A stretch of DNA of 64,000 bases from an uncultured bacterium (GTDB taxonomy: Bacteria > Oederibacteriota > Muellerivitia > Muellerivitales > Muellerivitaceae): NCBI GenBank assembly GCA_964392085.1, contig CAYMOV010000002.1, positions 27,314 to 91,313 of the forward strand. The letters run 5' to 3'. The position numbers and the translations under genes are program-made. Every line of letters begins with the position of its first letter. Position 1 is the first letter of the stretch. The notes under the pieces are model-generated. The model was not told the origin of the DNA. It did no database searches and saw only the letters and a list, made by a program, of their open reading frames with translations. Shown here piece by piece: positions 1 through 8,323 of the stretch.

Positions 1-70
1 TTGGCCGTTCGCCGCTAGCCGTTGGCTTAAGCTTAAAAGGCTAACCGCTAACGGCCAACGGCTACCACCC
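1..70. repeat. Palindromic intergenic element built of AACCGCY/GCCAACGG-type heptamers around a central TTAAGCTTAA. Perfect inverted repeats AGCCGTTGGC (17-26) / GCCAACGGCT (54-63) and TTGGCCGTT (1-9) / AACGGCCAA (51-59).
   Basis: Read directly: reverse-complementary arms flank an AAGCTT core. A TAG at 16-18 is preceded by CGTTCGCCGC, resembling the aroA 3' end (CGTTCGCCGTTAG). The element is truncated by the window start. Confidence 0.6.
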
Positions 71-122
71 CATCGGATGTCGTGCCTCGAGTGTCGATAA
101 GAACTGCCAGGATTGAAGGCGC

Positions 123-1229
123 ATGGACATGCCTGAATTCAAAGTCCCGTTAAGGGAACAGATCGCCTCCATCGCGCCCTACGTCCCGGGAAAACCCATC
201 GAGGAAGTCGAGCGGGAGTACGGCATCACCGGCGCCTCGAAGATCGCCTCGAACGAGAACCCCCTGGGTCCCTCGCCCAAGGCGCTCGAGGCGGTCCGGC
301 GGGCCGCGTCGGACCTCCATCGCTATCCCGACGGGTCGGCCTTCCGCCTCCGCCGGGCCCTCGCGGGAAAATTCGGCCGACCGGAGGAAGGCATCCTGCT
401 GGGCAACGGCTCCAACGAACTGCTGGTGCTCCTGGCCCAGTGCGTCCTGGCCCCGGGTGATGAGGTCCTCTTCGCCCAACCCAGCTTCGTGGTGTATCCC
501 CTGGTGACCCAATTGTTCCAGGCGAAGGCCGTCACCCTTCCCCTGAGGGACGACGCCCACGACCTCCAGGCCTTCAGCCGCGCCCTCACCCCGAAGTCCC
601 GGCTGGTCTTCATCTGCAACCCCAACAACCCCACGGGCACCGCGGTGTCCCTCCTGGGGATCGAGGCCCTGCTCAAGACCTGTTCCCCCGAAACCCTGGT
701 GGTCTTGGACGAGGCCTATTACGAGTACGTGGAACTCAAGACCTATTTCGAGTCTTTGGACCTCCTCGAGCGTTACCCGAACCTGGCGGTGCTCCGGACC
801 TTCTCGAAGGCCTACGGCCTGGCGGGACTTCGGGTGGGGTACGGCTTCGCCCATCCGGCGTTGGCCGCCGCGGTGCAGAAGGTACGCCAACCCTTCAACG
901 TGAACAGCCTTTCCCTGGTGGGGGCCGAGGCGGCCTTGGGGGACGGCGAGTTCGTCGCGAAGGCCGTGGCCCTCAACGCGCGGATGCGCTCGCGGCTCCA
1001 GGAAGGCCTCCGGGATTTGGGGTTCCAACCGGCGCCCAGCCAGGCCAACTTCGTGTATTTTAGGGACACCCAGGCCCCGGCCCACTACGAGGCCTTGCTG
1101 CGCCGGGGCGTGATCGTCCGGCCCATGGGGACGGGCGCCTTGCGGGTGACCACCGGTTCTGAGGCGGAAACCGAACGGTTCCTGATCGCCCTGCGGGAAA
1201 TCCTTGGACGTTCGAATGGGGAACCATGA
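123..1229 (+). CDS. hisC: Histidinol-phosphate aminotransferase (class II PLP aminotransferase)
   Basis: 368-aa ORF with HisC hallmarks: SNENPLGPS, NPNNPTG and the PLP-lysine region RTFSKAYGLAGLRVGY. Its stop overlaps the tyrA start (ATGA at 1226). Confidence 0.9.
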   Translation: MDMPEFKVPLREQIASIAPYVPGKPIEEVEREYGITGASKIASNENPLGPSPKALEAVRRAASDLHRYPDGSAFRLRRALAGKFGRPEEGILLGNGSNELLVLLAQCVLAPGDEVLFAQPSFVVYPLVTQLFQAKAVTLPLRDDAHDLQAFSRALTPKSRLVFICNPNNPTGTAVSLLGIEALLKTCSPETLVVLDEAYYEYVELKTYFESLDLLERYPNLAVLRTFSKAYGLAGLRVGYGFAHPALAAAVQKVRQPFNVNSLSLVGAEAALGDGEFVAKAVALNARMRSRLQEGLRDLGFQPAPSQANFVYFRDTQAPAHYEALLRRGVIVRPMGTGALRVTTGSEAETERFLIALREILGRSNGEP

Positions 1230-2065
1230 AGCCGAAAATCGCGATCATCGGGGTGGGGCTTTTGGGCGGGTCCTTGGCCCGGGCACTCCGCCGGAACGGC
1301 GGCTGGGAGATCGTGGGTTGGAACCACCGGGCCTCCTCGCGCCGACGCGCCGCGAAGCTCTTGCGGGTCGCCCCGAGCCTGGAAGCCGCCGTCCGGGGGG
1401 CCCAAGTGGTGGTCCTCTGCGCCCATTCCCTCGCGGTGTGGAAACTCCTCCAGGAGATCCTCCCGTGGTTGGGGAAGGACACCCTGGTGCTGGATGTCTC
1501 CAGCCTCAAGAAAAACCTCTCCGACCGCGCCAAGACCTTGAAGGTCCTCCAGGGCCGTTTCGTGCCCTGTCACCCCATGGCGGGCAAGGAGCAATCCGGG
1601 CCTGAGGCCTCCGACGCGGACCTGTACCGGGACCGTTGGGTTTTCGTCACCCCGATCCCCGGGACGCCGAAAAGGAACATCGCCCGCGCCGCATCACTTT
1701 GGAGGTCCGTGGGCGCCCAGGTGGCGGTTTGGGACCCGGGGGACCATGACCGGCGGGTCGCGGTCACCAGCCACCTGCCGCACCTCCTGGCCTGCGCCTT
1801 GACGGAACTTTATGGGAAGCGGCTGAAGTCCGACCGGGTCCTTTCCGCCGCCGTGGGATCCGGTTTCCGGGACAGCACCCGCATCGCGGGGGGCCATCCC
1901 GTCATGTGGGCGGATATCCTCACCTTGAACGCGCCTGAAATCAGCAAGGCCCTTGCCGCCTACCGGCGGAGGTTGACCGGACTCGAGAGGGACCTGGCCC
2001 GGGGCGACCGGTCCAAATGGGTGAGGTTTTTTGAGCGTTCCCGGTCCATCCGCGAGAAGCTTTGA
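1226..2065 (+). CDS. tyrA: Prephenate/arogenate dehydrogenase
   Basis: N-terminal Rossmann motif IAIIGVGLLGGSLARAL, a conserved HPMAG motif, and the SHLPHLLA region typical of the TyrA family. Translationally coupled to hisC. Confidence 0.85.
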   Translation: MKPKIAIIGVGLLGGSLARALRRNGGWEIVGWNHRASSRRRAAKLLRVAPSLEAAVRGAQVVVLCAHSLAVWKLLQEILPWLGKDTLVLDVSSLKKNLSDRAKTLKVLQGRFVPCHPMAGKEQSGPEASDADLYRDRWVFVTPIPGTPKRNIARAASLWRSVGAQVAVWDPGDHDRRVAVTSHLPHLLACALTELYGKRLKSDRVLSAAVGSGFRDSTRIAGGHPVMWADILTLNAPEISKALAAYRRRLTGLERDLARGDRSKWVRFFERSRSIREKL

Positions 2066-2213
2066 AGAAAATCAAAACCCATTCACCACGGAGGCCACGG
2101 GGGTCACGGAGTTTTAAAGGTCTTTAACAGGGATTTTCTCCGGGCCCTTCGTTTTCCCCGTGGTTCAAATTTTGCCTGAGTCGAAACCGGACCTTAAAAC
2201 CGAAAGGCGCAAC

Positions 2214-3509
2214 GTGACGACGCTCAAGATCCAGCCGGCCAAAAGGATCCAAGGCCGGATCCGGGTTCCCGGGGACAAGTCCATCTCCCACCGCGCGATC
2301 ATGCTGGGATCCCTGGCTTACGGCACCACCCGCGTGGAGAACTTCCTCGATTCGGCCGATTGCCTCTCGACCGCCGAGATCTTCCGGTCCCTGGGGACGA
2401 GGATCCAGCGCGCGGGAACCCGTGTGGTGATCCAGGGCCGGGGCCTCCAGGGCTTGGCGGCGCCGAAGCGGACGCTGGACGCCGGTAATTCCGGCACCAC
2501 GAGTAGGATCCTCCTGGGCCTCCTGGCGGGACAACCCTTTGAAAGCCGGCTAACGGGTGACAAGTACCTCCGCAAGCGTCCCATGCGCCGAGTGACGGAG
2601 CCCGTGTCCCGGATGGGGGCCCAATTCATCGGCAAGGAGCAAGGATCCTTCCTGCCGATCCGGGTGAAGGGCGGCGCGCTCAAGGGCATCCAGTACGAGT
2701 TGCCGGTCGCCAGCGCCCAGGTCAAGAGCGCGATCCTCCTGGCGGGGCTCTACGCCCAGGGGGTGACGTCGGTCACCGAACCCCTTCCCACCCGGGACCA
2801 CACCGAGAGGATGTTCGCGGCCTTCGGGATCCCCCTGAAGCGACGGGGAAAGACCGTTTCCCTGAGGGGCCCGGTCCAACCCTTCAAGGGACGGAACATT
2901 CGGGTGCCGGGGGACATCTCTTCGGCGGCATTTTTTCTGGTGGCGGGGCTCCTGGTGCCCGGTTCCGAACTGACGATCGAAGGCGTGGGGGTGAACCCCA
3001 CCCGAACGGGCCTCTTGGAGGTGCTCCTCAAGATGGGCGCGGACATGTCGGTGACGCCCCGAAAAGTGGGAAAGGGCGAGGAGCCGGTGGCCGACCTTAC
3101 CGTCAGGGCCTCCAAGCTCAAGGCCGTCCAGGTCTGGGGCGCCACCGTGCCCAAGATGGTGGACGAGTTCCCAATCCTGGCCGTGGCCGCGACCCAGGCC
3201 CAGGGTACGACCGTCGTGCGGAACGCCGAGGACCTCCGGGTCAAGGAGTCGAACCGCATCGAGGCCGTGACGGCCTTCCTCACGCGCATGGGAGCCAACA
3301 TCTCCTCGACCCCGGACGGGTGGATCATTAAGGGCCCGACCCCCCTGATGGGCGTCTCGGTGGATTCCCACGGCGACCACCGCATCGCCATGTCGGCGGC
3401 CATCGCCGCGTTGGTGGCGAAGGGCCCCACGGTGATCCGCGACGTGGACAACATCGAGACTTCCTTCCCGGGCTTCGAGAAGTTGTTGGGAAAGGTCGTT
3501 CGCCGTTAG
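2214..3509 (+). CDS. aroA: 3-phosphoshikimate 1-carboxyvinyltransferase (EPSP synthase)
   Basis: LKIQPAKRIQGRIRVPGDKSISHRAIMLGSLA aligns with the E. coli AroA N-terminus ([31 protein letters not shown]). A GTG at 2214 with an upstream GAAAGG is preferred as the start. The ORF is open from an ATG at 2160, which is an alternative. Confidence 0.85.
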   Translation: MTTLKIQPAKRIQGRIRVPGDKSISHRAIMLGSLAYGTTRVENFLDSADCLSTAEIFRSLGTRIQRAGTRVVIQGRGLQGLAAPKRTLDAGNSGTTSRILLGLLAGQPFESRLTGDKYLRKRPMRRVTEPVSRMGAQFIGKEQGSFLPIRVKGGALKGIQYELPVASAQVKSAILLAGLYAQGVTSVTEPLPTRDHTERMFAAFGIPLKRRGKTVSLRGPVQPFKGRNIRVPGDISSAAFFLVAGLLVPGSELTIEGVGVNPTRTGLLEVLLKMGADMSVTPRKVGKGEEPVADLTVRASKLKAVQVWGATVPKMVDEFPILAVAATQAQGTTVVRNAEDLRVKESNRIEAVTAFLTRMGANISSTPDGWIIKGPTPLMGVSVDSHGDHRIAMSAAIAALVAKGPTVIRDVDNIETSFPGFEKLLGKVVRR

Positions 3510-3565
3510 TTTTGTTTTGGCTAACCGCCAACCGCTAACCGCCAACGGCCCTAAGTGACCGACTG
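3510..3565. repeat. Heptamer tandem element (TAACCGC CAACCGC TAACCGC CAACGGC) immediately after the aroA stop codon
   Basis: Read directly: 4 tandem AACCGCY-type heptamers, same family as 1-70 and 5494-5580. Preceded by a T-rich TTTTGTTTTGG. Confidence 0.6.
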
Positions 3566-3605
3566 ACATACCCGAAACTGTTTCACAACAACGAAGGGTG
3601 ATCGC

Positions 3606-4292
3606 ATGACTCAGCAGCCTGTGATTGTCGCCATCGATGGACCGGCGGGGGCGGGAAAAAGCACCGTGGCGAAACGCCTGGCGAAGATACTCGGCTTCCT
3701 CCATATCGACACGGGCGCCATGTACCGTTCCGTCACCCTCGCGGCACTCCGGCAAAAGTTGGACCTGAAGGACGATTCCGCCTTGGAGGCCCTGGCCCGC
3801 CGCTCGAAGATCGTCCTGGAGCCGGGGGAACCTGAGAACAAGGTGTTCCTCGACGGGGAAGACGTCAGCCAAGCCATCCGCACCCCCGAGGTGACGGCGG
3901 CCTCGGCCCACATCGCCAATAGCGTTCCGGTCCGGAGGATACTGGTGGCCCGGCAACAGCAGATGGGCCGGGAGGACGCGCGCCCCTTCGGCGGCGCCGT
4001 CCTGGAGGGCCGGGACATCGCCACCGACGTCTTCCCGGACGCCCCATTCAAGTTCTACCTGGACGCTTCGGTGGAGATGCGGGCGAAGCGGCGCCTACGG
4101 GACCTGGAGAAGGCGGGGGTGAAGACCACTTTAGCGGAGGTTATGGCGGACGTGAAGGCGCGGGACGAGAGGGACATGGGCCGGGCCGTGGGGGGACTGC
4201 GCAAGACGCCCGAATCCATCGTGTTGGACCATTCGGACCTGTCGGTGGATGAGTCCGCGGAGGCCCTGTACCGCATCATTCGGCCCCATTAA
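3606..4292 (+). CDS. cmk: Cytidylate kinase
   Basis: P-loop IAIDGPAGAGKST and the DTGAMYR motif. Cmk-family length of 228 aa. Conserved aroA-cmk-rpsA neighbourhood. Confidence 0.9.
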   Translation: MTQQPVIVAIDGPAGAGKSTVAKRLAKILGFLHIDTGAMYRSVTLAALRQKLDLKDDSALEALARRSKIVLEPGEPENKVFLDGEDVSQAIRTPEVTAASAHIANSVPVRRILVARQQQMGREDARPFGGAVLEGRDIATDVFPDAPFKFYLDASVEMRAKRRLRDLEKAGVKTTLAEVMADVKARDERDMGRAVGGLRKTPESIVLDHSDLSVDESAEALYRIIRPH

Positions 4293-4377
4293 CCGGACGG
4301 GATGCCTTTTATATAATGAAGTAAAAGAATATAATCCCGCCTCCTGACGAACCCCGTGAACGGACCGGACGGCACCC
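4293..4377 (+). promoter_or_regulatory. AT-rich putative promoter region upstream of the DAHP synthase gene (TTTTATATAATGAAGTAAAAGAATATAAT)
   Basis: Locally AT-rich stretch with two TATAAT-like hexamers in an otherwise GC-rich genome. Inference only. Confidence 0.3.
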
Positions 4378-5493
4378 ATGAAGAAGGCGAATAAACCCAA
4401 GAAGCACAGGCTCTCCCAGATCGGGAAGGTGTCGGCCAACGCCCGCACCACCGACACCCACGTGGCCGCCAGCGAACTGCTGATCCCACCCCGCAAGGTC
4501 GCGAAGCTCCTGCCGGCCTCCAAGCGGCACTACCAGACCGTCTTGATGGGCCGCCAGTCGATCCAGAACATCATGGACAAGAAGGACCGTCGCCTGTTCG
4601 TGGTGGTGGGCCCCTGCTCGATCCACGACCCCAAGGCCGCCTGGGAATACGCCAACCGCCTCAAGCGGGTGGCGGCATTGGTCAAGCCCACGATCCAGGT
4701 GGTCATGCGGGTCTATTTCGAGAAGCCCCGCACCACCACCGGGTGGAAAGGCCTCATCAACGATCCGCGCATGGACGATTCGTTCCGCATCGAGGAGGGC
4801 ATCCTCACGGCGCGCCGACTGTTGTTGAAGTTCAACGAGCTGGGCCTGCCCTGCGCCACCGAGGCCCTGGACCCCGTCATCCCCCAATACATCGCGGACC
4901 TGATCAGCTGGTCGGCCATCGGAGCCCGCACCACCGAGAGCCAGACCCACCGGGAGCTGGCCTCGGGGCTCAGCATGCCCGTCGGCCTCAAGAACGCCAC
5001 GGACGGCGGGGTGCAGATCGCCATCAACGGCATCCAGTCGGCCCGATCGAGCCACCACTTCCTCGGCCTGAGCCCCGACGGCCGGTCGGCGGTCATCCGC
5101 ACCACCGGCAACCCCTACGCCCACATCGTGCTCCGGGGCGGCGCCAAGCCCAACTTCGACCCCGAGTCGATCCGATCCTGCGAGGAGGCGCTGGCCAAGG
5201 CGAAACTCCCGGTCAACATCGTGGTGGACTGCAGTCACGGCAATTCCAACAAGGACTACCGTCTCCAACCCGTGGCCTTCGAGAGCGCCCTTTCCCAGGT
5301 CGAGGCGGGGAACAAGTCGATCGTGGGCATGATGCTGGAAAGCCACCTGAACGAAGGCAACCAGCCGATCCCCAAGAACCTGAAGGAACTGAAATACGGG
5401 GTCTCGGTGACCGACGCCTGCATCAACTGGGAAACCACCGAGGAAATCCTCCTGGACGCGCATAAGAGGTTGTCGAAGGTGGTCAACCGATAA
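4378..5493 (+). CDS. aroG: 3-deoxy-7-phosphoheptulonate (DAHP) synthase, class I (AroF/G/H type)
   Basis: RLFVVVGPCSIHDPKAAWEYANRL and VMRVYFEKPRTTTGWKGLINDP match E. coli AroG nearly residue for residue. About 20-aa basic N-terminal extension. Confidence 0.9.
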   Translation: MKKANKPKKHRLSQIGKVSANARTTDTHVAASELLIPPRKVAKLLPASKRHYQTVLMGRQSIQNIMDKKDRRLFVVVGPCSIHDPKAAWEYANRLKRVAALVKPTIQVVMRVYFEKPRTTTGWKGLINDPRMDDSFRIEEGILTARRLLLKFNELGLPCATEALDPVIPQYIADLISWSAIGARTTESQTHRELASGLSMPVGLKNATDGGVQIAINGIQSARSSHHFLGLSPDGRSAVIRTTGNPYAHIVLRGGAKPNFDPESIRSCEEALAKAKLPVNIVVDCSHGNSNKDYRLQPVAFESALSQVEAGNKSIVGMMLESHLNEGNQPIPKNLKELKYGVSVTDACINWETTEEILLDAHKRLSKVVNR

Positions 5494-5580
5494 CGACGCG
5501 GTTGGCGGTTGGCGGATTGCGGTTAGGGTAAGCCTAAAGCTTAAAGCCTGATCCATCCGCCATCCGCTATCCGCGAGAAA
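5494..5580. repeat. Large imperfect palindromic element: (GCGGTTG)x4, then GCCTAAAGCTTAAAGCC, then (ATCCGCY)x3
   Basis: Read directly after the aroG TAA stop. The two heptamer blocks are mutually reverse-complementary around an AAGCTT core. Inverse-orientation copy of the 3510-3565 element. Possible hairpin or terminator. Confidence 0.6.
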
Positions 5581-5592
5581 GCGTCTTTCGAT

Positions 5593-6240
5593 ATGTATCT
5601 CCCCTCCTTCCCCGCGGTGCGGCTCGTCACCTTCATCCCGGTCCGCCTTTTCCTCCGGCCGGACATCCGGGGCCTTGAAAACATCCCCCAGACCGGGCCC
5701 TTCGTGGTGGTGTCGAACCACGCCTCCAACCTGGACCCCTACCTCATGGGCTACGCCAGCGTCCGGCGGGCCGTCGGCTTCATGGCGAAGGAGGAACTTT
5801 TCCGCATCCCGGTCTTCGGCCCCGCCATCCGGCGCTGGGGCGCCTTTCCCATCAAGCGGGGAAGGGTGGACGAGGAGGGCATCCAGAAGTTCTACGATTT
5901 CATCCACTCCAACCACCCGGTGGTGATCTTCATCGAGGGGACCCGCACCCTGGACGGTGAGCTCCAGCCCCCCAAGAAGGGCGTGGGGATGCTCCTGCAA
6001 AAGGTGCGCGTTCCCGTGATTCCCGTGTACATCGGGGGTACCTTCCAATGCTGGCCCAAGGGAAAGACCTTCCCGAAACCCGGCAAGGTCAAGATCATCT
6101 ACGGTCCGCCCGTCCCCTTGGACGACCTTTACGCGCTTCCGGCCGAGAAACCGACCTATCGTTTGATCGCCGAACGGTTGATGGATCGGATCCGCGGCCT
6201 GAAGGAATCCCAGAACCCCTCCGGGACCCCCATTCCCTGA
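5593..6240 (+). CDS. plsC: 1-acyl-sn-glycerol-3-phosphate acyltransferase
   Basis: HxxxxD acyltransferase motif (VVVSNHASNLDPYLMG), FPIKRG, and the EGTRT region. Confidence 0.8.
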   Translation: MYLPSFPAVRLVTFIPVRLFLRPDIRGLENIPQTGPFVVVSNHASNLDPYLMGYASVRRAVGFMAKEELFRIPVFGPAIRRWGAFPIKRGRVDEEGIQKFYDFIHSNHPVVIFIEGTRTLDGELQPPKKGVGMLLQKVRVPVIPVYIGGTFQCWPKGKTFPKPGKVKIIYGPPVPLDDLYALPAEKPTYRLIAERLMDRIRGLKESQNPSGTPIP

Positions 6241-6451
6241 GTATCCCCAATTGGTCAGGCCCTTTTCGGGTGGAAATGACACCCATGGCCGGGCTATCAT
6301 TCTTGACGAATTTCATGTTTCGACGAAGTGCGCTCAAACCCCCCCGGGGGAGTCGGAACGTCGAGTCAAAATAGGAAAGGCCACACCTAAATTGGAAACC
6401 GAAACCAACAACGAACCCCTAGAGTCTATGGAAGCCCTCGGAGAGGGCGAG

Positions 6452-8176
6452 ATGTCCATGGCGGAGCTTTTAGCCCAATCCACCGACCCCTCGGTCGGGA
6501 AATTGGTGAAGGGACTGGTCGTCAAGATCGACGAGGAGCAGGTCATCGTCGACATCGGCTTCAAGTCCGAGGGTTGCATCGCCAAGTCCGAGCTCCTCGA
6601 CATCGAGGGCAAGCTGACCGTGAAGGTCGGCGACGAGCTGGAGGCCGCCATCGAGCGGATGCGCGGGCCCAACGGCCTCGTCCGCCTGTCCAAGCGCAAC
6701 GTGGACAAGGGCCGCATCTGGGAGACCCTGGAAGCCGCCCTTAAGAACAACGAGCCCATTAAGGGCCGGGTCACCCGCAAGGTGAAGGGGGGCCTTCGGG
6801 TCGACATCGGCCAGATGGAAGGCTTCCTCCCGGCCAGCCAGGCCGCCCTGGAGAAGAACCCCAACCTCGACCCCCTGGTCGAACAGCTGTTGGAGTTCCG
6901 AATCCTGTCCCTGGAGCGCGCCCGCAACAACGTGGTGCTGTCGCGCCGCGCGGTGCTCGAGGGCGAGCGCAACGTCAAGAGGCAGGAACAGCTCGATAAG
7001 ATCCAACCCGGCGACCTGATCGAGGGCAAGGTCAAGAACATCACGAACTACGGCGCCTTCCTCGACTTGGGCGGCGTGGACGGCCTGCTGCACATCGCCG
7101 ACGTGGCCTGGGTGCGGGTGTCCAAGGTGGAGGAACACCTGCAGGTGGGACAATCGCTCCAGGTCATGGTCCTGCAGGTGGACCGCGAGAAGGGCAAGAT
7201 CTCCCTGGGCCTCAAACAGATGACCCCGGACCCCTGGTCCCTGGCCCAAGGCAAGTACGTGGTGGGCCAGCAGGTCGAGGTCACCCCGATCCATTTCGTG
7301 GACTACGGCGCCTTCCTTTCCACCGAGGACGGCCTGGAGGGCTTCTGCCACATTTCCGAGGTGTCCTGGTCGAAGAAGGTGAAGCACCCGACCCACGCCC
7401 TCAAGATCGGGCAGAAGGTCACCGCCGAGGTGCTGGAGATCGACTTCGAAAAGCACAAGATCAGCTTCAGCGTGAAGAAGACCACCAAGAGCCCCTGGGA
7501 GGGCGCCGTGGAGCGCTATCCCGTGGGCGACACCGTAAAGGCCCGGGTCACCAGCCTGGCCGACTTCGGCGCATTCCTGGAACTGGAGGACGGCCTCGAG
7601 GGGCTGCTGCACGCCTCGGACATCACCTGGGACAAGGCCCAAAAGACCCCACAGAAGAACCTCAAGTCGGGCCAGGAACTCTCGGTCCGCATCCTGGCGG
7701 TGGACCCCGCCAAGAAGCGCATCTCGCTCGGCCTGAAGCAGGTCGAGGGGGACCCTTGGGATAAGGTGGAGGAGAAGTTCCCGGTGGGCGCCAAGCTCTC
7801 CGGCTCCATCACCCGCATCGCCGACTTCGGGGTCTTCCTGGAGTTGGACAAGAACGTCGAGGGCCTCTTGCACCGCCAGGAGATGGCGGCGCCGCCCCCC
7901 AAGAAGCTCGAGGACATCTTCAAGATCGGGGACGTCCTGGAGACCCAAGTCATCGCCCTGGACGCCAAGAAACGCCGCCTGTCGCTGAGCCAGAAGGCCC
8001 TGCACCAGAAGGCCGCCCCCGCGGCCGCCGGCGCAGCCGCCGGTTCCACCCCCACGGAGGCCAAGCCCGAGCTGGACCTGGAGTCGGTCGAGAAGAAGAC
8101 CGGTTCCTTCCTCAAGGCATGGGGCAAGTTGGTCAAGCGGGTCAAGAAGTCCGAGGACGAGGACGATGACGAATGA
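6452..8176 (+). CDS. rpsA: 30S ribosomal protein S1 (six S1 domains)
   Basis: Repeated S1 motifs (GKVKNITNYGAFLDLGGVDGLLHI and similar). The ATG at 6452 is preceded by GGAGAGGG, so it is chosen as start. The ORF is open from 6251 and an ATG at 6428 is an alternative. Acidic C-terminus. Confidence 0.85.
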   Translation: MSMAELLAQSTDPSVGKLVKGLVVKIDEEQVIVDIGFKSEGCIAKSELLDIEGKLTVKVGDELEAAIERMRGPNGLVRLSKRNVDKGRIWETLEAALKNNEPIKGRVTRKVKGGLRVDIGQMEGFLPASQAALEKNPNLDPLVEQLLEFRILSLERARNNVVLSRRAVLEGERNVKRQEQLDKIQPGDLIEGKVKNITNYGAFLDLGGVDGLLHIADVAWVRVSKVEEHLQVGQSLQVMVLQVDREKGKISLGLKQMTPDPWSLAQGKYVVGQQVEVTPIHFVDYGAFLSTEDGLEGFCHISEVSWSKKVKHPTHALKIGQKVTAEVLEIDFEKHKISFSVKKTTKSPWEGAVERYPVGDTVKARVTSLADFGAFLELEDGLEGLLHASDITWDKAQKTPQKNLKSGQELSVRILAVDPAKKRISLGLKQVEGDPWDKVEEKFPVGAKLSGSITRIADFGVFLELDKNVEGLLHRQEMAAPPPKKLEDIFKIGDVLETQVIALDAKKRRLSLSQKALHQKAAPAAAGAAAGSTPTEAKPELDLESVEKKTGSFLKAWGKLVKRVKKSEDEDDDE

Positions 8177-8191
8177 TCCGGTCGTAAACGA

Positions 8192-8227
8192 AGCCCGGTC
8201 CCCACTGGGGCCGGGCTTTTTCGTTTT
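8192..8227 (+). terminator. Rho-independent terminator downstream of rpsA
   Basis: Stem AGCCCGG(T)CCCC / GGGGCCGGGCT with a short loop, followed by TTTTTCGTTTT. Confidence 0.7.
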
Positions 8228-8323
8228 GGGATGTGGAACGGCAAATCGGCGATCGTCGAATGAGGACCTGACAAGGACGATTGGGTTTCGAGTCAACGCA
8301 GGAAATACCCTGGGGGCGGTCCA

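Noticed and set aside
2550-3956. 468-aa minus-strand ORF antisense to aroA and cmk
   Set aside because: Shadow ORF across two strongly supported genes.
4309-6300. 663-aa minus-strand ORF spanning aroG and plsC
   Set aside because: Antisense shadow ORF typical of high-GC DNA. It has a Gly/Arg/Pro/Asp-rich low-complexity translation and no homology signal, and it fully overlaps two well-supported plus-strand genes.
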